64,000 bases of DNA, from positions 91,869,574-91,933,573 of the forward strand of contig NC_085841.1 of NCBI RefSeq assembly GCF_035594765.1. Direction: 5' to 3'. Position numbers and translations under genes: made by a program. Each line of letters opens with the position of its first letter. Within the stretch, counting starts at the first letter, position 1. Under the pieces are notes generated by a model, which searched no databases, was not told the DNA's origin, and saw nothing but the letters and a program-made list of their open reading frames with translations. This document shows, in pieces, positions 51,171 through 62,786 of the stretch. Source of the stretch: Anolis carolinensis. Its lineage: Eukaryota.

Positions 51171-52149
51171 ACAATAACAACTTTTTTAAAAAGCACAGAA
51201 TATTTGCTAACTACCAAGGTCGTGTTTTAAATGGCAGGAGGCACAGAAGTTTCTTAACATTTCAGAAATGGCCTTTAAGCCCATTTTTCTAATAGGGCAG
51301 AGGAATAAGGCCAAGACCCCCCCCCCCACCCTACCCCTGTCCCACTGTCATGATGTCACAGTGAGAACCTCCAGATCAATTTTCTTCCTCCTGAGAATGC
51401 ATTGGGAAGATAAAGATAAAGGACGTTCTGAACTACCAGGTATATTTTGGTGAGAAATATACCTGGTATAGTTTTGTAAGAAATGCACACTGCTGAAACA
51501 GTTGTTATAAAACTGAACTTGAATTGAACTTTTCTGTAATATGGTGTGAATCACGAAGGTCGTGTCTAAATTGTTTCTTCAGACAAGACATTTAATATGA
51601 AAATGTCAGCGTTCCTTCACAGTTCAACATCTGTTTCTAGCTCTGAAGTATCAAAGTTTGAAAGATCATCCTCTAATTTGTGGGGTAGAAGGTGGTTAAA
51701 GTATAGAACCTAATCAGCTATTTTAACAAAGCTACTCCTACATATATACAGTAGGACACAAGATTCTGAATTGTCTGAATATACTTGCATTTTGGGATAT
51801 AAGTGTTTTGTTTTAAGAAAGAGATACACAGAGGGTAGATTTGCTGCCCGCCACAGCACTGCTCCAAATGTTCTGTTTATATCTGTAATTACTGCAAATA
51901 TTGCTGTTTCCATAACTCTCCATGGTTTGTTCATAAGGAAAGTCAACTCCCATGAAGTTGTCCCTGAGGTTTTCCCCCCATGAGGGAAGTGGACAGCATA
52001 CAATGTATAATACATTATACACGAATTAATACTATTCAATGAAATGTCTCCATGCCAATGTCTGGAAAAAATACTGTATTGGCTTGGCTAGTGCTTTTCA
52101 ACAAAAGCTGGATGCTATGGAATGTAAATTGCAAATGTAGCACTACGTT

Positions 52150-52458
52150 GGCCAAGAAAAGCTCTTGTTCCTGAACAAAGTGGATATTTCTGTATGTATG
52201 TATATACACATAATGAGACATCTTGAAAATCAGACCCAATCTAAACACAATTTATGAATATTTCATGTACCCCCCTATGTCCATAGCCTGAACATAATTT
52301 TATAAAATATTTAAAATAATTTTGTGTGTAAAAAGTTTGTGTACATTGAATAATTAGTTAAACAATCATTTCACTTTCTCAGATACCTATGTGGGCAATA
52401 TCAGATTTTATAATATTTTGGATTTTGGAATTCCAGATAAGGGATACTCAACTTGTAT
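52150..52458 (-). mobile_element. Tc1/mariner (Tigger/MER2-like) MITE remnant
   Basis: Right terminus GATAAGGGATACTCAACTTG-TA; left end uncertain. Confidence 0.55.
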
Positions 52459-53234
52459 TGCAAAAGTAAATATAGGAGTGAACATATTTGTAACCAGATT
52501 TTGAAATGTTTGCATTGCTCTCCTAAAAAATCAAGCTTTTTTTAGAGGGCTGCTTTAGAATCACATGAATTTCACAAAATATGTCCCATAATTAGTTCAG
52601 GATTCTTCTCATCAGAGTTTCTCAATACTGGAAAAGAATTATTTTATCCATTTCCCCCCCAATGAGATTGGACTCTTATTTCTCTTCTCGTTAGTTTGTT
52701 TTTTCTTTTCTCCCAATATTAAAGAACATGTTATTGTGAAGGTTTCTCATATTTTCTGCCACTCACTTGTCAAGGATATTAGCAGTCTTGATAATATGTC
52801 TGGCATGTATGTAAAAAAGAAGTTCCTTTGTCATAGTAGGTGCTTTTTACAACCCTAATATCTCGCTTGTTCCATTGATAGCTTGCTCCATTAAAAGTAA
52901 ACAAAGACTTAACTGGCAAGTCTCATTGTTGAGGCAACCATCTCTGAGGAAACCTCACTCCTGGGAGGAAAAGGTCCTAATTGCGAATGAATTAGACATT
53001 AGCATATCCAGTTTGATCTTCATACCTTTCTGCAGATTCAACCCTCTGTGGATTCAAATGCACACAGTGGACCTTCTACACTGACCCTAAAAGTAGGCTT
53101 GATCCAGTGTCCCAGATGTCAGATTGAGCCTGCCTGGTGGCCCAACAGGGATCCCGAGTCACCTCAGAGGCGGTAGGGAGTTCCACTGCCCAACCCACAC
53201 TACACACAGCTTGGTGCCACTGAGCATGTACCAT

Positions 53235-53735
53235 TTTTTATTTTATTTTACAGTATTTATATTCCGCCCTTCTCACCCCGAAGGGGACTCAGGGCGGATC
53301 ACAATGTGCACATATAAATGGCAAACATTCAATGCCATATAAACATAGAGACAGAGACAGAGATGCAGAGGCGATTTAACATTCTCCAAATTCCAGCTTC
53401 CTGAGGGTATGCTCGATTCCGGCCACAGGGGGAGAAGCTACTTCATCATCCACTGTGGCATCTTGATGGATACTTCTTCATTCCAAACGGGAGCTGGACG
53501 AGTTTTATGGTGTCGTAAGTTAGTTAAATTTGCCTCCCCGCAGAGCGGTACCCAAATTCCTACTTGATAGATGCAACTATCTTTTGGTTGCTTAGGTCAA
53601 CAATGACCAGGGGCTATTTTTTATTTTAATTGTCAGGTGCTCACTTCGGCATGGGCTGGCCTCGAACTCACGACCTCTTGGTAAGAGTGATTTATTGCAG
53701 CTGGCTACTTAACCAGCTGCGCCACAGCCCAGCCC
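53235..53735 (-). mobile_element. Full-length tRNA-derived SINE with L2-like tail
   Basis: Head GGCTGTGGCGCAGCTGG (A box) and GAGTTCGAGGCC (B box); A-rich tail; second copy at 1431-1729. Confidence 0.9.
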
Positions 53736-54502
53736 ATAATGGACTCCTTCCCCCTGGTTGCAGCTGGTGACCATCATGATATCCCCATCTGGGGGGGAGA
53801 GAGGAAAGCCCATTATCCCAGCCAAGCCTCTTTATGGGGAGGGCACAGTCTGGCTGAGAGCAGCCAGACCACCCAGCATAAGGTAGATAGTGTGCCATGG
53901 CTGGGAAAGCTGCAACACAGGGGTAAGGTATGATAGGAGACTGCAATCCCATTTTCCTGAGTCCAGGGAGCGCAGCTTGCTTATCAAGGCAGCTGCTGCC
54001 AGTTTTTTTGGGTTTTTTTTAAAGGAACTGGTCCAGTTGTATTGATACCTCCTGATTCAGGAGACAAACCTAATCCTAGCTCAGGATTCTAATTTTCCTC
54101 CAAGTTAGCTTAACCTGGGAGAAAGCCACATTAAGATGGCATTCCCTTGGGTTAAGGCAGGGGATCAGCCCTGTGCAGTGTTTAGCCGCCACAAGGCTGA
54201 TCCAAAGTCACACTGACCTAAGCACTCAGTGAAAATGTGCCCAATAACCCACTTCTGCTTTCAAGTGGGATTCTTCCACAAAGTAGAAATGAGCAGCTTA
54301 TTGTCACCTCCACTGCTGCCCCATGCCACTTTTAATAAGGACTTGAGCATTGGTGTTGGTATCTGTAGAAAGGGTCCTGAACCAATCCCCCACAGATAAT
54401 GAGGGCTCACTGTATTATATTCTCATGGTGACAGTTATATTGCTCTAATCTTGTCTACTTTAATTTTCTTTTAGTTTTCTAAAGGTCTCAAAACAGTTTG
54501 AC

Positions 54503-55392
54503 TGTGACATCCCCTGAACCCTTGGGGCGTGACCCTTCCTCCATTATGGACCAAAGTGACGAGGAAATGGGGTTTGTGCCAATTCAGCAAGATTCTGCCC
54601 CTTTCCAGATGCTCCCTATTGACAATTCTAGCCCACAGCTCATTAAAAAGGCCCTTGAAACGGAGCCTTCTCCCACCAGTTCCCCTCCCTTTGATAGACG
54701 GATGTTTTGGGAAACTAGTAGGTTTGAGAAAGCTGGCAGAAGAAGGAGCGCGCGATTAGCAGCTAGAGAATCTGCTGATTAACCTGTTTTCCCCTGAGAG
54801 TTCTCAGGGAGGATCGCATCTGGTCAAAGATGTTGTTTTAGCTCTTTTCCCTTGGGAAAAGAGCATTTGGACACCTGCTCTGTGGAAAGATTTGAAGTTC
54901 CTTAAAAGGTCTGTGCGCTGGCTAGCCAGCGCGGAGTCAACGTGTCAGTTGAAGGATTAACTTCGCTTCCAGCCAAGTGTGGACTGCGTTTGGATCCACC
55001 ACCTTCCAGCCTAGCCGTGCTTTGCCTAGCCGTGTTTCCTTGCCTTGCCATGATTCCAGCCTTGCCTTGTGGTGCCGTGAATCCAGCCTTGTCTTCAATT
55101 CCTTGCCTTGGACTTGCTTTGGAACTCTAGCAAAAGACTTGGATGTTTCCCCACTCAAACTGCTTGGAAGTTTGAGTGCGTTTCAGTTTTTTGGATTACA
55201 AACTTTGAACTCTAATATTGGACATTGGACAATATATTATTGGACTATATCTGACCTTTCCCAAAAGGTCTATTGATGAACTTTATCTTCTGCTTGTTTT
55301 TGTTTTATTTCTTTCTTTCTTTCTTAATAAAGGTATTAGATTGTTTATTGGCCTCGGTGTATTGGTTTCCAGTGCTCTCGCAGCCAGGGGAC
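54503..55392 (+). mobile_element. Gypsy-type solo LTR (3' terminus eroded)
   Basis: Starts TGTGACA; CpG-rich relative to flanks; internal short tandem repeats at 55006-55110; AATAAA at about 55326; no clear TSD or terminal CA. Confidence 0.7.
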
Positions 55393-55905
55393 TTAGCTAA
55401 AATCAAGTAGCATGCCTTTTCTTTTTATCTTTCTTTTCACGTTTTCTTTTGCTCTATAAATCCACTGATTCTTTTTATTTTTTTATTTTTTTATTCTTCA
55501 AGCTCACAATATTGGTGTTTGTGCTGTTTCTCTATTAATTTATTCCTTGTCCCTTCTACTGCTAAATCTGAATACCTGGATCTGATGTATTTTTCTGAAA
55601 ATCATTCCTTTCCTTCTTCTCTTCTTTAATGTGTTTTGTCCTGTAATTCCATTTTCTTGGTACACATTCCTCAGTTCTGTTCTGAATTTGTCTGTGCATT
55701 TAATCTTTACTGCTCATTAAGATGACTACCTATTTACTGTTAACCTTACTAGTTTTGTATATTCTTCACATATAATCTTTCAGTTTATTATACTTCACTT
55801 TGAATATCATTCTCTTTCATCATGTTCAAAATCCCTTCTATTTAGCATGTATCCTCTCACCTTTTAAATTATCTGATTATATTTAAACCAATAGTTTAGG
55901 ACTTG

Positions 55906-56310
55906 GGCCCCTTCCACACAGCCATATAACCCAGAATATCAAGGCAGAAAATAGCACAATATCTGCTTTCAACTGGGTTATCAGAGTCCATACTGCCATA
56001 CAGGACCATAGCCAGAAAAACAAAATAGGGGGGGGGGGGGGTGACACTTTTTTTAGCGAATCATGAAGAGTAGTTCAATAATGCAAAATAATTTAGAAAT
56101 CAGATTCCATCGATAAACTTCAGTGGACACTCATGGGGATTTGGTTAATCAGTTAAAATTCATGAGCAAACCAGTTTTTTTTAAAAAAAACCTGAACAAT
56201 TTCGGGTTGAACCCTTAACATTCCCTGCCCTCCCGGTTACAGCCCTGCTCCCATATATTCCAGTTCAAAGCAGATAATGTGGGATTTTATTTAGCTGTCT
56301 GGAAGGGGCC
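55906..56310. mobile_element. PIF/Harbinger-type MITE interrupted by a hAT MITE
   Basis: TIRs GGCCCCTTCCA...TGGAAGGGGCC; same family as 17451-17619. Confidence 0.85.
56001..56247 (-). mobile_element. hAT MITE (short relative of 59241-59888)
   Basis: CAGGACCATAGCC...GGTTACAGCCCTG; TSD CTGCCATA/CTCCCATA (7/8). Confidence 0.85.
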
Positions 56311-56499
56311 TCGATTGCTGGTCCAACAGCCTCAAGAAACCCACACTGGTTATAAAACTGTAGAAGGCAATAGAGACCTTTTCTCTCAGAAAGGTAATAA
56401 AATGGTTATGCCTATATATCCACGAAGTACAGAATATAGTAATTAAACTTTCATGCTTAGCTATGACTCTGTCTTTGCAGTGTATATGTCCCTTTGCAT

Positions 56500-57298
56500 C
56501 AGTGGTTCCCAAACTTAATTGGCCTACCATCCCCTTTCCAGAAAAAATACTACCCAGTGCCCCCTGGAAAGGTGGGTGTGGCTTAGAGGGGCAGGCGTGG
56601 CTCCTGCTCAAGAGGGTGGGGCTGAGCCTCTCCCCTAGTCCAAGATGCAGGGCTGCGAGGGGAGGTGGGCAGGGCCACAAATGGGCGGACAGAACTGGGA
56701 TGGGCGGAGTTACGAGCTCTGAGGCAGGGTTGAGCTTCTATCCCTGTCCTGCGGCACCTGCCAGGACACAGAAGGTGAGGCTAGAAGAGGGGGCGGGGCC
56801 TCTTCCCAAGTGCCTGACAGGGCTGAACCTCTATACCCCACCCCTGTGTTCTAACAAGTGCCTCAGGGGAGGTATACAGAGGCTCAGCCCTGTCTCACAC
56901 TCTTGGGAAAAGGCCTTGCCCCTGCCCCTAGCCCCGCTCTTTAGTCCTAAAAGGCCTCTCAGGAGAAGTATAGAGGCTCAGCCCTGTCTCAAACTCTTGG
57001 AAGGAGGCCCCGCCCCTTCCCTAGCTCCGCTCTCTGTGTCCCAACAAGCGCCTCAGGAGAGGTATAGATTCTCAGCCCTGTCTCAGACTCTTGGGAAGAA
57101 GCCACACCCACTCCTCTAGCTCCGCCCCCTGTGTGTCCTAACAGGCACCTCAGGTGCTCAGCCCTGCCTCTGGCACTTGGAAAGAGGCCCCGCCCCTCCT
57201 CTGGCCATGCCCCTGTATCCTAATAGGTGCCATCACCGCCTCCCTGGATCGCTCCAGCGCCCACCGGGGGGCGGTAGTGCCCACTTTGGGAATCACTG
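56500..57298 (+). mobile_element. Non-autonomous hAT (Charlie-type) element with GC-rich internal minisatellite
   Basis: TIRs CAGTGGTTCCCAAA...TTTGGGAATCACTG; TSD CTTTGCAT/CTTTACAT. Confidence 0.92.
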
Positions 57299-58999
57299 CT
57301 TTACATTGTAAAATTACATTTACTAATGCAATAAAATTTGCATAATGTAGATTGTAAAAATTTCATAATTTCCTCTAATGTCAACTTGCTAAATATATTA
57401 TCTTAAGCGAAGTCAAGCACCTTTTTTGTACATTCTGTTGTAACTGCCAAGCTGTATATCAAGTGATATACATATGGTAATTTTATTTAGCCAAATCTGA
57501 TAGCTATTTTCTATTTGTATTTGTATTTTATGCTGTTGTTGTCAGTATCATTGTCACTTTGTTGTGGTTAATGGAGTTGCTGTTACTGCACACAACAGCA
57601 GTCAGGGTCCAACCACAGACCACCACAACCCAGAGAATAGGAGGGGAAGGGGACAGACATCAAATGTCCCTGGGCTGCCTAAGCCCAGGAAGCATGGAGC
57701 GGCAATAGGGACAAGTGCAGCCAGGTTTTTTTGGAACCAACCCAAATAGTCCCACAAGCCCAAAGTTGGAGGATAGTCCAAGGTTTTTTTACCAGAATTG
57801 TGGGATCTGAAGTCCAAAGCACCTGGAGGAACAGAGGTTGAGAACCACTGGCGTAGATGATTCCAGAGCATTGTATCTTCTTGACTAATGTAAAGAAGCA
57901 AGATCTCTCACAAAAAATGACCTTACTTATTTCTTGACTGTGTGACATTCAGATAATATGATATTAGACAGTTTAGCCAATCATTATTGAGATTTTTCAG
58001 CATCTTTTTCACCATTAGCTCTAGATGTTGTAAGACCCATATGAATGTTCTACACTGCACCCAATATCTTATAGGAGGAGCCTTAGGTGATAATTTTATT
58101 TCAGTTCCAGGTTTTATTAGATCTTCCAGAATTTACGAATTCTGAACATGAGAAAAAGCAGAGCTGACATTATCTGCCTGTCTTTAATATTGACAGAAGA
58201 GTTGAATTTATAGACAATTAAAGAGTGTTTTGGAGTCATCAGCTGAGATGCTTAATAAGAGGAGGATGTATTAAAGATTCCACTGATATTCACTTGACTT
58301 TGTGGGTAGGAGGGAAGTTAAGGAGACCACTGTGAATTAGGTCATGTTAGGTATCTCATGGAAGGTTTCTGAACTTAAGGAGTGGCATCACTAAGAATTT
58401 TTCAATTGCCTGTGCTCTCTGAATGGCCCATCATACCATAGTAAGAAAGGAGAGATTATATGACGGGTCTTGCAGTGAGCCTAGGCATCAACAGTAAGGA
58501 AAGGACTTAGCAAGTGCTGTGGATCAGAGTTCGAAGGACTTGGAAAGTGCTGTGGATCAGAATTCAGAGGGATTTCAGTGGCCATTAGTTCAAACTTCTA
58601 TCATGCAAGGACTAAAGCTTTAAGAAATAGCCATTTAACCTCTGTTTAAAGACCTTCAAAGAAAGAAAATCTATTATCCTCCAAGGAAAGAACTATATGG
58701 CATCTCTTTATATTTTTTAAGATGGTTATACTTCACCTCTCAATCTTCTTTGTCCAAGTTAAATACCCATAGCTCCCTCAGCTATTACTCACATGATTTG
58801 ATCATTATTTAAGCAGCCATATCTAATTAAAATGGATATAACTACCATTTATTCAGTTTAGATTTCAGAACAGTACACAAATTAATAATTATAATTCAAA
58901 GAGTACGCGAAAGGTGTCAGTGGATAAATCTAATTACATATGCATTTAAAATTTTTATAATTCATGTTTTAATAGAGTTTAATAGAGTTTTTAATTGAT

Positions 59000-59150
59000 G
59001 TGGTATTGTTGTAATGTTTATTGATTTTGTTATTGTTTTATTGAATGTGTTCTGGGCAATGTAAATTGCCGACTGTTGTAAGCTGCCCTGAGTCCCTACG
59101 GGTGAGAAGGGCAGGGTAAAAGTGATGTAAATAAATAATAATAAATAAAT
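59000..59150 (+). mobile_element. L2 3' end fragment
   Basis: GTAAGCTGCCCTGAGTCCC...GAAGGGCAGGGTA plus (TAAA)n tail. Confidence 0.75.
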
Positions 59151-59240
59151 TTTAATTCTACCACAATGTCTCAGTGACCCTAATGGACCCTCAGATCCTT
59201 TTTGAAAGAATTAAAATGTCAGAAACACACAGAGGATAAT

Positions 59241-59888
59241 CAAGCCTGTAGGCAAGGGGGGGGGGAGGGTTAGGGGTTCAACTCTCCCACCCCCACCCCA
59301 CCTGAAATCTTTCAGGGTTTTAAAAAACCTGGTTTGCTCATGAATTTTAACTGGTTAACCAAATCCCCATGTTAAGTCTATGAAAACCAAAAATTAAAAG
59401 TCCTTCCAGAAGTGCAAGCAATATCTCAACCAAATTTTGACAATTTGTTAACACTGTCATTACCAACCATTCCACCAATTTACATTGCAATAGCTGATAT
59501 AGTAGAAGCAAATTGGCAGCCAAAGCCTAAGTTGAAGGGGGAATTTGAAGGTCCTCATGAAGGACACCAGACTTGGTGGGGGAGGTTAATGGGGTGGATC
59601 TGCAGGCTATTTAAGGCTTCAGCTTGATTTCAACAGAAAGGAGGAAACCATAAAAATGAACAAAATCCGGATACCAATATTAATAAACTCTAAAATCACA
59701 GCAGTAAATAAAGAACAACACTCAGAAATTAAGGAGAATTCCAGACAAGTCTACATAAAAATATAGAATGAATCATATAGTTTAGATTACTTTGTGTTAT
59801 GGAACTACTCTTTATAATTAGCTAAAAATGTTTCAAACCCCCTCCCCCCCCACCACCACCACATTTTTTTTTTCTGGCGATGGCCCTG
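59241..59888 (+). mobile_element. Non-autonomous hAT element with internal Penelope-like fragment
   Basis: CAAGCCTGTAGGCA...TGGCGATGGCCCTG; TSD AGGATAAT/GGGATAAT (7/8). Confidence 0.82.
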
Positions 59889-60725
59889 GGGATAATGGTT
59901 GCCACTGCTTTCTAGGTCAAATGTGGATACAAATGTTCACGTCTTCTCCAGTGCCATGTGAAGCAACAAGAACCACCTCTCAACAAGGCAGGAGGTGAAT
60001 CAGGCTATGTATTTCACACTGAGGATCACTTACTTTAAATTACCTATTGCAGGTATTTGAGAGGCAATACACAGTGCAATGCTCAGCAGGCTTCATCTCA
60101 TTCTTGTTGGTGCATGCTGTGCAAAGAGTGTGGGAGGGATCCCAACTTTGCAGTACAAAATACTTTCTTTCTAGAAGATCACTCTTTCAGAAAAAAAAAT
60201 CAACCTGGAACATCACTTTTCTCTAGTCTAATGTTTTATTTGACTGTGATACAATGAAAATTGCAAAGTACGACCTGTTATTATGATAAATTAACTCCAT
60301 GGAAATATGCCCCATCCTTATTAAATAAGAAGTCCTTTTTATAAGTTTTGTTCAGTAATTCAATCATGAATACTTGTCTTTGAACTGTTTACACTTTCCA
60401 ATATACATAATTTCCTTGTTCTCATGTGTTCAACAAGGATGCTTGTAGGTGGACCCAAGGATTTTTAGCATTTCCAGAAAAACAAGAGAACTAATTAAAC
60501 TATTTAAATATTTTTGTTCAAAATATCATTGATATTTTGCACTATAGAGAAATTATCTGCATTTGTTTAATTCAAATAGATTTTAAAATATTTTTAAAGA
60601 TTAATGGAGAAGTACATGTAATAAAGGATTAACAAGTACTTTGCATCATACACAAATAAGATACTTTAGCAAGAATTACACTGATATACAGTGGACCCTT
60701 GGTATCCACTGGGGATGGGTTCCAG

Positions 60726-62105
60726 CAGGGCCGGCCCAAGGAAATTTTCAAGTGTAAGCGAAACAGGATTTTGGTGCCCCCCCCCAAAAAAACCCAATCA
60801 CCGAGAAATAAAAGGTAGAAGGTAGAGGTGAATAGAATGGATAAAAGAGTTTACCTTACAACCAGAAGTTTATTAACAACATTATGTTCATATAGTAACA
60901 TTACATAGAATTAACACCAATCTTGCATTTTAATAAATAAATATTTTAATAAACTTTGCAACAATTTTAATTTTTTTGTTATTTCTAGTTTACAAGTACT
61001 ACACAAAGGTTTCCTGGTCATGATATCTCTTCAGAAGTTTTTTCAGACTTCGGACTAGCTTCAGATCAGTTTTGTTTGGGAGAACGCAGCCCCAGGACAA
61101 TAGACACTTCCTTTCTCAGGAAGTGAACTCTTGTCCTTCAGAAGTGCCACGCCAGCGTGGACCATTGTAATGGGTGTAGCAAAGCAGGGGAAATCCAGTC
61201 ATGAATCAATCAGGGCCAGCTAACACCTCCTAACAAAGTATTCCCATCATCAAAGTCTGGTAAATCCTCTGTTTTCTCACGGCCACAGACGGCAGAAGCA
61301 CATACCATATCGCAAAGAACACCACTCTGAAAACAGGGGAATTCCAGACAGGAAACAATCAGGGCCAGCTAACACCTCCCAACAAAAAATTCACTCAGAG
61401 AGGAAACAGCCTGGCTGTAAATCTGCAAAGCCATTACATTCTTATCATTTTTCCTAATTGCAGCATTCATACTTGCCTCTAACAGACAAAAAAAAACAAT
61501 CAGAAATATTGTATATTCACAACCTTTAAGAAATAATATCCCCTGATGGCACAGCATGTGAAAGCGCTGAGCTGCTGAAATTCTGGACCGAAAGGCTGCA
61601 GCAGGTTTGAATTGGGGGACCAGAGTGAGCCCTCACTGTTAGCCCCAGCTTCTGCCAACCCAGAAGTTCAAAAACATGCAAATGTGAGTGCATCAATAAG
61701 TACTGCTCCAGCGGGAAGGTAACGCCGCTCCATGCAGTCATCCCACATGACCTTGGAGGAGTCTATGGACAACGCTGGCTCTTTGGCTTAGAAATGGAGA
61801 TGAGCACCAAACCCCAGAATCAGACATGACTGGACTTAATGTCAGGGGAAAAACATTTACCCTTTAGGGTTGTTGTATGTCTTTCGGGCTGTGTGGCCAT
61901 GTTCCAGAAGTATTCTCTCCTGACGTTTCACCCACATCTATGGCAGGCATCTTCAGGGCGAGCTGCGGCCGCGTCCAGGAACTAAGGGAGGATTGGGCGA
62001 TCTCTGCTGTGGCGCTATGGGCTGCTGTCAACGCCTTGACAGCGCCCCTAGCGGCCAGCGCCTGAGGCCGCCGCTTCAGCAGCCTCATATGTCCAACCGG
62101 CCCTG
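60726..62105 (+). mobile_element. Composite non-autonomous hAT element
   Basis: TIRs CAGGGCCGG...CCGGCCCTG; perfect TSD GGTTCCAG at 60718-60725 and 62106-62113; contains Penelope-like pieces and a Sauria SINE. Confidence 0.93.
61540..61865 (+). mobile_element. Sauria SINE inside the composite hAT
   Basis: CCCCTGATGGCACAGC head through TTTACCCTTT tail; homologous to 37497-37822. Confidence 0.92.
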
Positions 62106-62207
62106 GGTTCCAGCTCCCTCATGGATACCAAAATCCATGGAGTCCCATAACCTACAATGGCATAGTAAAATGGTATCCTTATATGCAATAGCAAAGTCAA
62201 GGTTTGC

Positions 62208-62258
<51 letters not shown>

Positions 62259-62786
62259 ATGTATATGTATGTATGTGTGTGTGTGTGTATATGTGTATGT
62301 GCATTTCCAAGCCATGGATGGTTGAATCTATGGCTGCTAAAACCAAGGATATGTACCATAAAGCAGGTTAATAAAATAATGATGCATAATTAAATCTGTT
62401 ATGTTTTCTCTCAGTTTTGTTCTATAATTATCTGTTTTGAAATATTTTTTCTGGGTCTATAAAGATTTAATCACTCATATTCAGGAAAAGTAAAACAAGA
62501 CATAAAAGCAGTACATATGTGTTTTTCTGCATATATTCTTAGCTGAAGCCAAAATTTGGGCACAGGACAAAAACAAAGACAATTATGTTTTATGTTTTTA
62601 CTTCCTTTACTTGAAATTTGATCCCAAATTTGCAACCATTGATATGGATGTTTGAGTTTCAAAAATGAAGACTGCACTCTTTATTCAAAGAAATCTGGCA
62701 GCAAATAAATTCCAGCACCTCTTCTGATATCAATCACTGACCATTTAATACAACCATGAAGAAAAAAAAATCTTCCATGGACTTAC

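Larger units (their letters stand above)
60689..62352 (+). mobile_element. Tc1/mariner (Tigger-like) MITE split by a composite hAT
   Basis: TA-CAGTGGACCCTTGGTATCC...GGTTCCAG resumes at 62106 with CTCCCTCATGGATACCAAAATCC; contains (GT)n/(GTAT)n at 62210-62300. Confidence 0.75.

Noticed and set aside
56463-57119. 218-aa ORF
   Set aside because: Runs through the minisatellite of a non-autonomous hAT; repetitive, no transposase motifs.
58501-58566. 33-bp direct repeat, two copies
   Set aside because: Small local slippage duplication next to degraded repeat sequence; no sign of function.
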